NCBI RefSeq assembly: GCF_009914755.1
Contig: NC_060947.1
Source: the human T2T-CHM13v2.0 reference genome, Homo sapiens
Length of the DNA stretch: 64,000 nucleotides
Direction: 5' to 3' (one strand)
Shown: positions 47,801 through 62,357 of the stretch, in pieces
Layout: each line of letters starts with the position of its first letter
How positions within the stretch are numbered: the first letter of the stretch is position 1
Position numbers and translations under genes: made by a program
Notes under the pieces: model-generated
Told to the model about the DNA's origin: nothing
Database searches by the model: none
Seen by the model: the letters and a program-made list of their open reading frames with translations, nothing else

Positions 47801-50800
47801 TATTTTTGTTAATCTTTTCAAAAAACCAGCTCCTGGACTCATTGATTTTTTTTAACAGTTTTTCGTGTCTCTATCTCTTTCAGTTCTTCTCTAATCTTAG
47901 TTATTTCTTGTCTTCTGCTAGCTTTTGAATTTGTTTGCTCTTCCTTCTCTAGTTCTTTTAATTGTGATGTTAGGGTGTCAATTTTAGATCTTTCCTGCTT
48001 TCTGATGTGGGCATTTCGTGCTATAAATTTCCCTCTAAACACTGCTTTAGCTGTGTCCCAGAGATTCTGTTACATTGTCTCTTTGTTCTCCTTGGTTTCA
48101 AAGGACTTCGTTATTTCTGTCTTAAATGTGTTATTTACTCAGTAGTCATTCAGAAGCAGGTTGTTCTGTTTCCATGCAGTTGTGTGGTTTTGAGTGAGTT
48201 TCTTAATCCTGAGTTCTAATTTGATTGCACTGTGGTCTGAGAGGCTGTTTGTTTGATTTCCATTATTTTGCACTTGCTGAGGAGTGTTTTACTTCCAATT
48301 ATGTGGTCAAATTTAGAATATGTGCTTTGTGGTGCTGAAAGGAGAATATGTGCTTTGTGGTGCTGAGAGGAATGTATATTCTGTTGATTTGGGGTGGAGA
48401 GTTCTGTAGATATCTATTAGGTCTGCTTGGTCCAGAGCTGAGTTCAAGTCCTAAATATCCTTGTTAATTTTCTGTTTCATTGATCCGTCTAATATCGACA
48501 GTGGTGTGTTAAAGTCTCCCACTATTATTGTGTGGGAGTATATGTGTCTTTGTAGGTCTCTAAGAACTTTTTTTATGAATCTGGGTGCTCCTGTATCGGG
48601 TGCATATACATTTAGGATAGTTAGTTCTTCTTGTTGCATTGATCCCTTTACCATTATGTAATGCCCTTCTTTGCCTTTTTTGATCTTTGTTGGTTTAAAG
48701 TCTGTTTTATCAGAGACTAAGATTGCAACTCCTGCTTTTTTTTGCTTTCCATTTGCTTGGTAAATATTCCTCCACCTCTTTATTTCGAGCCTATGTGTGT
48801 CTTTGCATGTGAGATGTGCCTCTTGAATACAGCACACTGAACGATCTTGACTCTTTATACAATTTGCCAGTCTGTGTCTTTTAATTGGAGCATTTAGCCC
48901 ATTTACGTTTAAGGTTAATATTGTTATGTTTGAATTTGATCCTATTATCATAATGCTAGCTGGTTATTTTGCACATTAGTTGATGCAGTTTCTTCACAGT
49001 ATCATTAGTCTTTATATTTTGGTGTGTTTTTGCAGTGGCTGGTACCGGTTTTTCCTTCCATATTTAGTGCTTCCTTCAGGAGCTCTTGTAATGCAGGCCT
49101 GGTGGTGACAAAATCCCTCAGCATTTGCTTGTCTGGAAAGGATTTTATTTCTCCTTCACTGGTGAACCTTAGTTTGGCTGGATATGAAATTCTGGGTTGA
49201 AAGTTCTTTTGTTTAAGAATGTTGAATATTGGCCCCTACTCTTTTCTGGCTTGTAGGGTTTCTGTAGAGAGATTTGCTGTTAGTCTGATGGGGTTCCCTT
49301 TGTAGATGACCTGACCTTTCTCTCTGGCTGCTCTTAACACTTTTTCCTTCATTTCAACCTTGGAGAATCTGACGATTATGTGTCTTGGGGTTGCTCTTCT
49401 TGAGGAGTATCTTAGTGGTATTCTCTGTATTTCCTGAATTTGAATGTTGGCCTGTCTTGCTAGGTTGGGGAAGTTGTCCACAATAATATCCTGAAGTGTG
49501 TTTTCCGACTTGGTTCCATTCTCCCTGTCACTTTCAGGTACCCCAATCAAATAATAGGTTTGGTCTTTTCACATAGTCCCATATTTCTTAGAAGCTTTGT
49601 TTGTTCCTTCTCATTCTTTTTTCTCTAAACTTGTCTTCATGCCTTATTTCAGTAAGGTGATCTTCATTCTGTGATAACCTTTCTTCTGCTTGATTGATTC
49701 AGCTATTGATACTTGTTTATGCTTCACGAAGTTCTGCCGTGTTTTTCAGCTCCATTGGGTAATTTATGTTCTTCTCTAAACTAGTTATTCTAGTTAGCAG
49801 TTCTTGTAACTTTTTATCAAGGTTCTTCGCTTCCTTGCATTGGTTTAAAACATGCTCCTTGAGCTCAGAGGGGTTTGTTATTACCCACCTTCTGAAGACT
49901 ACTTCTGCCAATTTGTCAGTCTCATTCTCCATTTAGTTTTGTGCCTTTGCTGGAGAGGAGTTGCAATCATTTGGAGGAGATGAGGCATTCTGGTTTTTGG
50001 AATTTTCAGGGTTTTTGTGCTGGTTTTTCCTCATCTTCATTGATTTATCTACCTTTGATCTTTGAGGCTGATGACCTTTGGATGGCATTTTTGTGTGGGG
50101 GTCTTTTTTATTGATGTTGATGTTGTTGCTTTCTGTTTGTTAGTTTTTCCTCTAACAGTCAGGCCCCTCTTCTTCAGGTCTGCTGCAGCTTGCTTGAGGT
50201 TCACTCCAGGCCCTGTTCACCTGGGTATCACCAGTGGAGGTTGCAGAACAGCAAAGATTGCTGCCTGCTCCTTCCTCTGGAAGCTTCATCCCAGAGGTGC
50301 ACCAGCCTGATGCCAGCTGGAATTCTCCTGTATGAGGTGTCTGTCAACCCCTGTTGGGAAGTCTCTCCCAGTCAGGAGTCATGGAAGACAGGGACCCACT
50401 TAAGGAGGCAGTCTGTCCCTTAGCAGAGCTGGTGTGCTGTGCTGGGAGAATCCCCTTTGTCAGGATCCACTGCTCTCTTCAGAGCCGGCAGGCAGGAAGG
50501 ATTAAGTTTGCTGAAGCTGTGCCCACAGCCACCCTTCCTCCTACGTGCTCTGTCCTAGGGAGATGAGAGTTTTATCTATAAGCCTCCGACTGGGGCTGCT
50601 TCCTTTCCTCCAAAGGTGCCCTGCCCAGTGAGGAGGAATCTAGAGAGGCAGTCTGGCCATAGCCATTTTGCCACACTGTGGTGAATTCTGCCCAGTCCAA
50701 ATCTTCCAGTCTCCTTAGCATTGTCAGGGTAAAACCGCCTACTAAAGCCTCAGTAATTGTGGATGCTCCTCCCCACATCAAGCCCGATCACCCCAGGTTG

Positions 50801-51376
50801 ACTTCAGACTGCTGTGCTGGCAGTGAGAATTTCAAGCCAGTGGTTCTTAGCTTGCTGGGCTCCATGGGACCGGGACCCACTGAGTGAGACCACTTGGCTC
50901 CCTGACTTCAGCCCCCTTTCCAAGGGAGTGAATAGTTCTGTCTCGCTGGGGTTCCAGGCACTGCTGGGGTATGAAATAAAAACTCCTGCAGCTAGCTCAG
51001 TGTCTGCCCAAACAGCCACCCAGTTTGTGCTTGAGACCCAGGGCCCTGGTGGTGTAGACATATGAGGGAATCTCTTGATCTGCAGATTCCAAAAACCATG
51101 GGAAAAGCATAGTACCCAGGCCAGATAGCACAGTCCCTCCCGCCTTCCCTTGGCTGAGGGAGGGAGGTTCCCTAGCTCCTTGTATTTCCTGGGTGAAGTA
51201 ATGCCCCACCCTGCTTCTGCTCACTCTCTGTGGGTTGCACCCACTGCCTAACCAGTCCCTGTGAGATGAACTGGGCACCTCAGTTGGAAATGCAGAAATC
51301 ACCTGCCTTCTGCATTGGTCTCGCTGGGAGCTGCAGACTGGCACTGTTTCTATTCAGCCATCTTGGCCCCTCCTCC
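44874..51376 (-). mobile_element. Full-length older LINE-1 (L1PA7/8-like, ~6.5 kb), inactivated
   Basis: Minus-strand ORF1/ORF2 fragments ([29 protein letters not shown]), long 5'UTR ending at ...cagccatcttggcccc; near-TSD aagaagctca (44864-44873)/aaggagctca (51377-51386). Confidence 0.95.
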
Positions 51377-52340
51377 AAGGAGCTCAATATTTATTTAAGT
51401 TTGTCAACAACAACAGAAAACCAAACTGCCACTTTTTTGGCAAGCAAGGAGTGCTTCCACCTATTGAGGACACAGTATTAATTGTATTTATGTGTACAGT
51501 ATCAGTGCCTGTCACTGCTAGGAATCCTTATTCTCTAAGCATGTGAATGGCTAGACACTATACTCAAAAAGTAAGAGGGAAGACCTGGAACCAATTTTGA
51601 CAGTAAAGCAACATGAAGCCTTAAAAAACACACAGTCTAGACTTGAGTTAGGAAAGGAAAAAAAAAAGGCCTTTGTTTAATTCCCTCAAATATCTGGAGT
51701 GCTGACAGGAATCCAGGAAAGGTACGAAGTATTTCTGGGCAGAGTTAGTTTGGTGTCAATAAACTGATTCAGACAATAAGTGCTTAAGCATTCAGAGAAG
51801 GAACTGGTGGAGGTGGTTTAAGCTATCAGAAAGTAGTCAAATTGAAGGGGGGACCAGAAAAAGGATGAGAATTTTGAGAAGGTACTGGATTGGGAACACC
51901 TTAAGCACTGTGCTGTACAGGGATTCACTTGCTTTAAAATTTCATTAGGTAAAAAGAAAGGTGAGATTGTAGGAAGTTTTAGAAGCCTACTGTAGGCCAA
52001 TGATAACTGAGCTACCAGTGCTAAAAGATTTCCTGGGCTACTGAAGCCCCCAGACACACAGGTCCTTTTCCCTCACACTGTTTGTGTAATCTTACTTAGT
52101 TTGGACTTTCTGTCCAGAGTAACCCTCAACTTTACTCATATCTGACATCCCATTACAACGTTCTTTGCTCAGCAGAACTTCCAGCCCTGATCCTGCTATA
52201 CTGTGCTCTCTTGTCCTTACTGGTAAACCTATTTCTAACCCTTCACTGACATCTTTGCTTGCAAGTCCTGACACTTGACTAAGGAGCGCTGCCATAGCAG
52301 ACAGGCGGGGCTGGGGCTTGTCCCATATCAAGTGCTTCCT

Positions 52341-52628
52341 GCTGGGAGCAGTGGCTCATGCCTGTAATCTCAACACTTTGGGAGGCCAAGATGGGAGAAT
52401 CACTTGAGCCCAGGAGTTTGAGACTAACCTGGGCAACATAGCAAGACTCCATCTCTACGAAAAATAGAAAAAAAATAGCCAGGTGTGGTGGCATGTTCCT
52501 GTAGTCCTAGCTACTCAGGAGGCTGAGGTGGGAGGATCAGTTCAGGAGGCCGAGGTGGCAGTGAGCCGTGATTGCACTCAAGCCTGGGCCTGTGTTACAA
52601 AAAACAAAAAACAAAACAAAACAAAAAA
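52341..52628 (+). mobile_element. Degenerate Alu (AluJ-like)
   Basis: Alu arms with deletions, (CAAAA)n tail. Confidence 0.85.
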
Positions 52629-52910
52629 CTTCCAAAGCCATTGCAAACAAAGATTATTGCTCCATTAAAAAAAAAATAGCTCAAAAAGAAGTAAGTCCAC
52701 AAGTGAGCAGATGGTTAAGTATGCATCAGTTTTGTCTTTCAATTTCTGTCAAAAAGCTCAGGCACTTGACCTTTGAAGGAAATCTGAGGGTAAACTGCAC
52801 TATTTGTGCCCACCCACCCATCTACTACTCTCTTCACATTCTTCCTTGAAATAAATATGCTGGGAAGTCTGAATAAGGAAAACAAATCACAAGCTGACAG
52901 CTTATGATAA

Positions 52911-54566
52911 TGAGAGGTGACAGCATGCTGGCAGCCCTCGCAGCCCTCGCTCACTCTTGGCGCCTCCTCAGCCTCAGCGCCCACTCTGGCCGCGCTTGAG
53001 GAGCCCTTCAGCCCACCGCTGCACTGTGGGAGCCCCTTCCTGGGATGGCCAAGGCCAGAGCCGGCTCCCTCAGCTTGCAGGGAGGTGTGGAGGCAGAGGC
53101 ATGGGCGGGAACCGGGGCTGCACGCAGTGCTTGCGGGCCAGCTAGAGTTCCGGGTGGGCATGGGCTTGGCAGGCCCTGCACTCAGAGTGGCTGGCCGGCC
53201 CTGCCGGCCCCAGGCAGTGAGGGGCTTAGCACCTGGACCAGCAGCTGCGGAGGGTGCGCCAGGTCCCCCAGCAGTGCCGGCCCACTGGCGGTGCGCTCGA
53301 TTTTTCACACGGCCTTAGCTGCCTCCCCGTGGGGCAGGCTCAGGACCTGCAGCCTGCCATGCCTGAGCCTCCCCTGCTCCCCACCGTGGGCTCCTGTGTG
53401 GCCCAAGCCTCCCCGACGAGCGTCACCCCCTGCTCCACAGTGCCTGGTCCCATCGACCACCCAAGGGCTGAGGAGTGCAAGCACAAGGTGCAGGACTGGC
53501 AGGCAGCTCCACCTGCAGCCCCAGTGTGGGATCCACTGAGTGAAGCCAGCTGGGCTCCTGAGTCTAGTGGGGACTTGGAGAACCTTTATGTCCAGCTAAG
53601 GGATTGTAAATACACCAATCAGCACTCTGTGTCTAGCTCAGGGTTTGTAAATGCACCAATCAGTGCTCTGTATCTAGCTAATCTGGTGGGGACTTGGAGA
53701 ACCTTTTTGTCTAGCTACAGGATTGTGAATACACCAATCAGCACTCTGTGTCTAGCTCAAGGTTTGTAAATGCACCAATCTGTGCTCTGTGTCTAGCTGA
53801 TCTGGTGGGGACTTAGAGAACCTTTTTGTCTAGCTAAGGGATTGTGAATACACCAATGAGCACTCTGTATCTAGCGCAAGGTTTGTAAATGCACCAATCA
53901 ACACTCTGTGTCTAGCTCAGGGTTTGTAAATACACCAACCAGCACTCTGTATCTAGCTAATCTAGTGGGGACTTGGAGAACTTTTGTGTCTAGCTCAGGG
54001 ATTGTAAACGCACCAATCAGCACCCTGTCAAAACGGACCAATCAGCTCTCTGTAAAACATACCAATCAGCTCTCTGTAAAATGGACCAATCAGCAGGATG
54101 TGGGTGGGGCCAGATAAGAGAATAAAAGCAGGCTGCCCGAGCCAGCAGTGGCAACCCACTGGAGTCCTCTTCCACACTGTGGAAACTTTGTTCTTTCACT
54201 CTTTGCAATAAATCTTGCTACTGCTCACTCTTTGGGTCCACACTGCCTTTATGAGCTGTAACATTCATCGCAAAGGTCTACACCTTCACTCCTGAAGCCA
54301 TCAAGACCACGAACCCACCGGGAGGAACGAACAACTCCAGACGGGCCGCCTTATGAGCTGTAACACTCACCGTGAAGGTCTGCAGCTTCGCTCCTGAGCC
54401 AGCGAGACCACAAACCCACCAGAAGGAAGAAACTCCAAACACATCCGAACATCAGCAGGAACAAAATCCAGACACGCAGCCTTTAAGAACTGTAACACTC
54501 ACCGCGAGCGTCCACGGCTTCATTCTTGAAGTCAGTGAGACCAAGAACCCACCAATTCCGGACACA
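52911..54566 (+). mobile_element. Solo LTR12 (LTR12C-like, ERV9/HERV9), 1656 bp
   Basis: tgagaggtgacagc...ccaattccggacaca; 4-bp TSD ATAA; GC/CpG-rich U3; tandem ~40/80-bp CCAAT repeats. Confidence 0.95.
53560..54135 (+). promoter_or_regulatory. LTR12 U3 enhancer/promoter: about ten CCAAT (NF-Y) boxes, GC box, GATA site, TATA-like AATAAAA
   Basis: Repeated caccaatcagcactctgt; gggtggggccagataagagaataaaagc at ~54101-54129. Confidence 0.75.
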
Positions 54567-55335
54567 ATAATAAAAAACAGTTACTTCTTGCCATTGATTA
54601 TTCCAACAATCATTGTTGGGTCAAGGTCATCCTGGGAACATCCATGACCACAGGTCCAATTCTGGAAAGGAAAAGGTATTGATCCAACTACGGAGTAGTG
54701 GGTAAGTTCATTTTTCAAAAAGCAGGAGTATGACAGAGGTCTCCCTGGAATGTTTTGGGGTGGTCCTACAAGGATTCCTTGGTACTTATCCTTCTATCAA
54801 TGTCCTCATCCCCAAAAAGCCTTGCAGAGATACTATTGGGACACTAATGGAATAGATTCCACTGCTGTGGATCAATCAGGGGTTGTTTGGCCTCACACGA
54901 CACAAGAGGGAGCTATAGCATTTTCATTTCCAAGGTAAAGAGGGCAGCAATTCTTCAATGCATCTTCAGCTTAGTTAAGGAGAACTGTAACATACACCTA
55001 GCAAGAGCTGTGAGGGTATTTTATATAGACGCTTGTTTGGAAAATGAACTTGAAAATGTATTAAATGCCACAGGTATTGGAATGAAAATCCCTCAGAATG
55101 GCTTAAAAATACCAATTTGTCTTATCTAAAGGATCAGTCTCCTGAGCAGATTTGTAAAGTTGCCTTAATTTGTCCATTGTTTTTAAAACTTGTCCTGAGA
55201 TATCCTTAAGATTGGATTCCCAAAACCTAAATCATACCTCTAACCCCTAAAAAGGTGATTCTCATTCATCTCCCTACTTAGGTGGTCCCTGATTCTGCAT
55301 ACCAGATCTTCTTCCTCTTTGCTGCCATTTAAAAA

Positions 55336-55382
55336 GTGTGTGTGAGACGAGAGAGAGAGAGAGAGAGAGAGAAACAGAGAGA
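55336..55382. repeat. (GT)n(GA)n microsatellite
   Basis: Directly visible. Confidence 0.9.
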
Positions 55383-56300
55383 CCCAAAAATAAAAGAAAA
55401 TCAATGCTTGCACAGTTATTTGGAGCTTTGCAGCTCCTGCTTCCTGGAGTCTATAACCCACTGTTTGACAAAAACAGGGCTCTCAGCTCAGTCACCTTTG
55501 GAAAAAAAGGAACCCATAAAGCTCTGATGAGAGAATGAGCAGCTGCTGTGGATTTGCATACTTCAACATAATCCTAAGAGTCCAATAAACCACCTCATCC
55601 CTCTTCTTTCCCTGCTATTTTAGTGATTTTTATGTGATGCTAATGGAGGCCATCCTCAAAGTAAGGAATGCACAGAACCAAGAAAACTGCTCCATGTTGA
55701 GCTTCATTTATAAAAAGCAGAGCCAAGAAAACATGCTACTTAGCTACAGAAAGCGCCCAGCAGCCTTCAAAAATAAGAGTTTAAACCTCAACCAATGACT
55801 CTGCTTTCATTTTTCCTCCACAGGACTATGGCAAAATGAAAACCCTTACTTGCCCCGAATGAACCCATAAAGAAGAAAGGAAGCCGTGACCAGCCAAGCA
55901 GTAGTAGCCTTTAGCCTGAAACAGCAGGCTACCATCCAAACTCTACAAACTTATGTCCAGTGATCAGGGCCTAGCTCAAATGCTATCTTCTCCATGAATG
56001 TGTCCACCATTCTCCAAACCTAATAGTATGTCTATTCCCTCAATTCTTGGCCTTTGCCTCTGTGAATTTTAAAATACCTGAAGTACTTGGAGAGCAGCAG
56101 GGCATATATATTTCTTCTAGTACATAGGTTCCAAGAAGCAAACCATCTACCCCAACACAGTTTAGTTTCTTCATTAACATGAGTCTACTGTTGCACTGTA
56201 TTCATCAACATTGCTTTACTATTCCACAAGACTCTTGCCCAGGAAGATATAAATTGCAAATAGCTTTGCTGCTCATTCCAGCAACTCTTCAATAGAATGT

Positions 56301-56671
56301 GCAATGGACTGAACGTTTATCCCCACCTTCCCCCCATATTCAGATGTTGAAATCCTAACTCCAAAGTGATGGTAGAAGGAGGTGTGGTTTGGGGGAGGTG
56401 ATTAGGTCATGAGGGCAGAGGCCTTATGACTGGAATTAGTGCCCTTATTAAAGAGATCACAGAGAACTACTTAGCCCTTTTCACCATGGTGATGACACAG
56501 CAAGAAGACCCCATCTATGAACCAAGAAGAGTGCCCTTACTAGACACCAAATCTGCTGGCACCTTAACCTCAAACTTCCCAGTCTCCAGAACTGTGAGAA
56601 ATAAATTTTCATTGTTTACAAGCCACCCAGTTTGTGATATTTTGTTATAGCAGACCAAACAGACCAAGACA
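56301..56671 (+). mobile_element. MLT1A-like MaLR solo LTR
   Basis: atggactgaacgttt...tgttgaaatcctaac...gattaggtcatgagggc...ccagaactgtgagaaataaatt...gttatagcag...aagaca. Confidence 0.85.
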
Positions 56672-57181
56672 AAAAGCATGAACCTTGTACCCTGAGACTT
56701 TTTGAATTTCTTCCCTCCCAATCTGTTTTTCCACGCTCACCAATTTTAAACCATTACATCATAATCTTTACCTAATTTTAATCAATTCCCCCCTCTCACT
56801 AAGCCAGACTTTAAAGTCTCAATATCCTGGCATTGCCTTTCCCTTCCTAAAATGCTATCAGATTTTGTCAAGGTAGAGTTACCCCCTACAGTGCTAAACC
56901 CTAAACTCAGGTAGCTTTACCTTGGCAACAGGTTATTCTGGTGATATTTTGAAGAGCCAGTATTTGACATGCCCAAACAATAACTGTTAATTATAAAGTA
57001 ATTAATTCATGGGGCTAAATGACAGGATTGGTTTGGATATGACATGCATAGTATAATTACAGAGTTCTTATTTGGGGTTTGACTTTGGAGCCATTGAAGG
57101 GGATTTGGCTTTGATTGTTTGTATATCCCTATTTTCATAATTATTCCTTCGTGGATTTTACTTTTTCATGCCTTTGACTGA

Positions 57182-57561
<380 letters not shown>

Positions 57562-59502
57562 CAGTTGCATTCTTTAAAGTCCACTTGTTTTTGCTCCACT
57601 AAGCACAACTCCCTTGGAATTTGGTGAGCCACCTATGCTTACTTCTCTGAGGAGCTGCTGGACATGTCACTCACCATATAGGTAAAGAGACAAATGGAGA
57701 GAAAAGATTCATGAGAGCAGGTTGATCAATAATACATTGATTTACTCAGTGCCTCCTGATGAGAGTCAGAATTCATGAGAATTTCCTTTGGAACTTGCAA
57801 TTTTCTCACTGAAAGAGACAATGAGTTGTACTGGGCATTTTCTACTGCGGTTGTTTTCAGCAATTTCTAGTGTACTTTTTCATGTGTGTGGAGGGGTTAC
57901 ACATTTAATGACTTCTAAATACTAAGCCAGGGATATTTCCCACTGAATCATGAAACTTGGGTCACAAAAAAAACTTGTTCATGCTCCTCATTTACAAATG
58001 AGAAAAATAAGCCTATGGGTAAATTACTTGTTCAAGGGCACAAAGCTAATTCCCTCATATTCTTTCAATATCAGTACATAGACTGTCAAATACACATCCT
58101 CATAGCTAGGGACTGAACTCAGATCAGATTCTCCACTGATTACCTGTGCTGTATTTTCCTAAAAAACACAATTTCCATTTGTGTCTTCTGGATATGTGAA
58201 AACAAAGCACATCTCTAGAAGAAACCAAGATCTTCTCAACCTATAGATGCTTATCCTAGTTATTTACTTCCTTGCTGAGTGCTTGAAAAACATGCACAGA
58301 CACATACACAGAGACTGAATGGACCAGGGAAATGAGTTAGGTGAAAGGTTAAATTTCTTTGTATGAAAAAAATGAGACCAATGCTCAAGAATATTGGACA
58401 TGTTCTAACTAATGCACTAGAGTGGGTGGTCGCTAAGTATTTGGTTTTCATTGCTAAGGTTTTATTCCTTATACAAAGGGAGTTAGAAATGAAGGCCAGG
58501 TATGAGAGGATGATGTTTACTCCTCTGAAATACTTTCACCTCTAGCTATAGCCACAAGGTGATTAATGATGTCTACTTCAGGCAGCACAGGCAAACCAGA
58601 TAAATTTTTGTTAAGAAATCAAGAATACCAGCAATAAACCAGATTATGTGTGCATATACTTTTAGATAAATAAGAAAGCAGTTTAACATTTCCCATTTAC
58701 TATTTGTAAAATAGCCCACTTAAATAAATGACCAAAGAAAGAAGGAATTCAAATACATAGAGCACTCTTATCTCTGACTTCTAATATTCCTTTTATTCTA
58801 ACTAACGTCTTTTGTCCCCCTCACCATCACCCAAGGTTATTTGCACACTTTAAACCAGGTGTTTCCATTTATAGCTTGATATTGCATAGAATCTAGGTGA
58901 TAACGGCCTTTCTGCTTTTTATTACTCTTACATACAACTTTGCTTCTGCACTTCTCCCACTCTAGCCCTTCTCTATGCTGAGGATCTAAAAAGCTTTCTG
59001 AAGGGTGAGCAACACTTTGAGCCTCCAGCTATTCCACCTTCTGTCTTTTAAAACACTCAATTTTACCATCTGGTTTCTTAAAGAGGCAATGCATTTTAAC
59101 CACCATAAAAATGAAAACATAGAATTAAGGCTAAAACAGATTGCTTCATCATCACCACAATTTTTAACTAGTCTCAAATGACCTATTTGTGACCACTCAG
59201 GTCCTCATTATATTGTAATGTTAAGCAGTTTAATGAGTGAAAACACCACAAATTGCTCATATACTTTTAGCTAATCATATTCACTAGAGGATAGAATAAA
59301 CTATAAAGGTATAATTTTTTTTTAAAAAAAGAAGCAATAATATTAAGCAGGAGGACAGAAATGTTTAAGAAGCCATGTTATCTACTTAAAAGAATGTTGA
59401 TCAAACATCAGAAGACCACGTGCTTAGTGTCTGCTCTGCTGCTAGCAAGCTCTGAGAACTGTAAATTAACTATGTTCCTTCACTGACCCTATTTTATCTA
59501 CT

Positions 59503-59694
59503 ACAGCACTGTGCAACAGAACACTTCACAGTGACAGAAAAGTACTATATCCACACTGTTAATATGGTAGCCACAAGCCATATGTGGTTACTGAATGCTT
59601 GAATATGACTAATGAGAGTAGGAACCTGAATTTTATTTAATTTTTAATTTAAATAGTTGCAAGTAGCTAGTAGCTATCATATTTGACAGTACAG
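59503..59694. mobile_element. MER3-like hAT-Charlie relic
   Basis: cagcactgtgcaacagaac...aatatggtagccacaagccatatgtggttactga...ttgacagtacag. Confidence 0.7.
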
Positions 59695-61937
59695 ATCTAA
59701 GATCTATAAAATAAGGTGACTCTAGGCATAGCTTAATACCTTGACAGTTCTGGAAAATCTATTGTGATATCTAATTCCGTTTGGCAGGTACTAGAGGTTT
59801 GCTGACCCAAACCCCCATGCACAGCATTTCCCTTTCCAATCCCCTTTCTAGGATATGGAGGACATATGACACAGCTGTCAACCAACAGCAGAAGTCTACT
59901 GAGTTTGTTGGCCTGATAAAGACAGACACGTTTAGAAGGACCCATTTTGCCATTTGACATTCACTTTTTCCCTTTTCACTGGCTGAATACATATATGACA
60001 GCTGGAATAAGGAAATAAAGCACCATGAGACAAGTATAAAGAAGATGACTGGAGTAAGGAAGCCTTCCTAGGCTCATGAGACAAGAAATATGAAGATGAA
60101 ATACAACCAGAATTGAAAAGTAAAAAGATTTAAGAACATTGTTCCTTGAAGATGCCATTGAGCCACTGCAATAACCACCCTACTTATTTAAGCTATTGTA
60201 GCTGTGTTTTGTTACTTGCAGTTGAAAGCCCAGGACCACCGGATATGGAATACCATGAGGTTTAAGACTAAAAGTTGAGAAGAAAAGTCATTTTAGATTA
60301 GTTGAATTGGAAAGCTAGCAAGTGCAGGATGGCAAGGTAAAATGAAAGATCACAAGAGCATTGATCCTTAATGATGTGGAGCTAGCTACTACACAAGGAC
60401 TGAATTTACTACCATCACATTTTCTGTGATATGACAGTTAAACAAACTCTTATTTGATTAAGAGCCTGTAGTTGGGGTTACATGCAGTAAAAATTTTTGT
60501 TACTTCAAAGTCAAACATGCCTAAATGATTCTGTACTTAGTTTTAATCATTAATTCCATATTCATATAGGGAAGAAGCCTTAAATAGAAATTTTGACCGC
60601 CCAAGATACAGTTGTTATGTGAAACAATTAAAATAATTAAACTCCTACTTAAGTCGCTAGAGTTCCTTGCAGTGAATGGCTTCCTAACTGATGTTCTGTT
60701 TAAGTCTCTATTTTACATTCAAGGTTTGCTTATAGTATGACGTAGATGGGATTTTGACAGATAATGATGCACTGACAAACAATAGAGATCAAACTGTAGA
60801 AAAGAGTGATCAATATCAGTAAAAGGCAGTAGAAAAGCATGAAGAATGGTGCAATAGCAGTTAATATCCTTATGGATGTAGTCCAAAGTCACGAGAATGT
60901 GGAATTTACTGAGTCCAAGATGTGGCCCCAGAGATAAAAGGTGAAAAATTGACTTACGATAGTGGAGTCTGAATTCAAGAGAGATTACAGTAGACAATCA
61001 GTTACACACTTAGAGAGTTCAGGCAGCACCACTTGGGTGGAAATGGGGACTTGACATTCAGATCACAAATGGCATTTAAGTGGGTCTCAATGTTTACAGG
61101 GCTTTAAAACCATTTGAAGAAACACTTTAAAATGCGGGAAAGGGAGTGAATGTGTTTGTGACTACCGAAAAGGTGGAAAAAAAAGTAAAATTGGATTTTT
61201 ATTCCTATTAAAGTCTATTCACATAACTGATTCCACAATTCTGGAAAGAAGTTCCTCCACAGATATCACTGAAAACATCAACTTGATTGTCTTTTGGTTA
61301 TTTTCAGTTGGAAAGAGAATGAGTGTGTTTGTGATTCCAGCCAGGAAGTTGTTTAACAAAAAGTCCCAGGAAAAGCAGTGGGACTGCCATGTGCATTTCA
61401 GGGAGAGTCTGAAGATTGCTGAGCAGAGTAGGAATAGAATATAGTAGACTGCTGTTGATTTTGTTAGTCAGCAGACAATCAGAGCGCTGCCTGCCCATCA
61501 TGGGACAACAGGGCATCCAAGCCATGTGGGGAAAATGAGATCTCCCTTCCAGTTTGAAGGTCTCTCCTTATAATGTAGATGGGGAGGGGGGTGAGAGGAC
61601 TGGTAGCTGTCTCCTATTGCCACATGGAAAAGGCATCTTCCTGTGTGAGGAAAGAGCCAAGACTCAGAGAACCAGAGAAAGCAGGGCTGGGAAAAAGAAA
61701 GAAAATACTATATGTGAAACTAAGTGTCACCAAATAATTTCCCAGTAACATGCCATAAATTCCCTTACTTAAAAGCCACTTCGAATTGTTTTTCTGACAC
61801 CTTCAATCAAAAGTGACCCCACTCATATACCATGTCTACAGTACTCATTTCAGAATATACGGTTATTCTAAGAAGCCCATGACATAAGTATAATGTTAAG
61901 AAAGCAGGATATTAACCATGAGTATAATATGAGCTCA

Positions 61938-62357
<420 letters not shown>

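Noticed and set aside
52739-53769. Overlapping 133-189 aa ORFs on both strands
   Set aside because: Artefacts of the GC-rich, stop-poor LTR12 U3; no domain motifs.
53560-54100. Regularly spaced direct repeats resembling a CRISPR-like array
   Set aside because: These are the internal U3 tandem repeats of LTR12. The spacers are not unique, there are no cas genes, and the DNA is eukaryotic.
59860-61830. Faint old MLT1-like LTR fragments (~59860-60225, ~61300-61830)
   Set aside because: Too diverged to set boundaries or family by eye.
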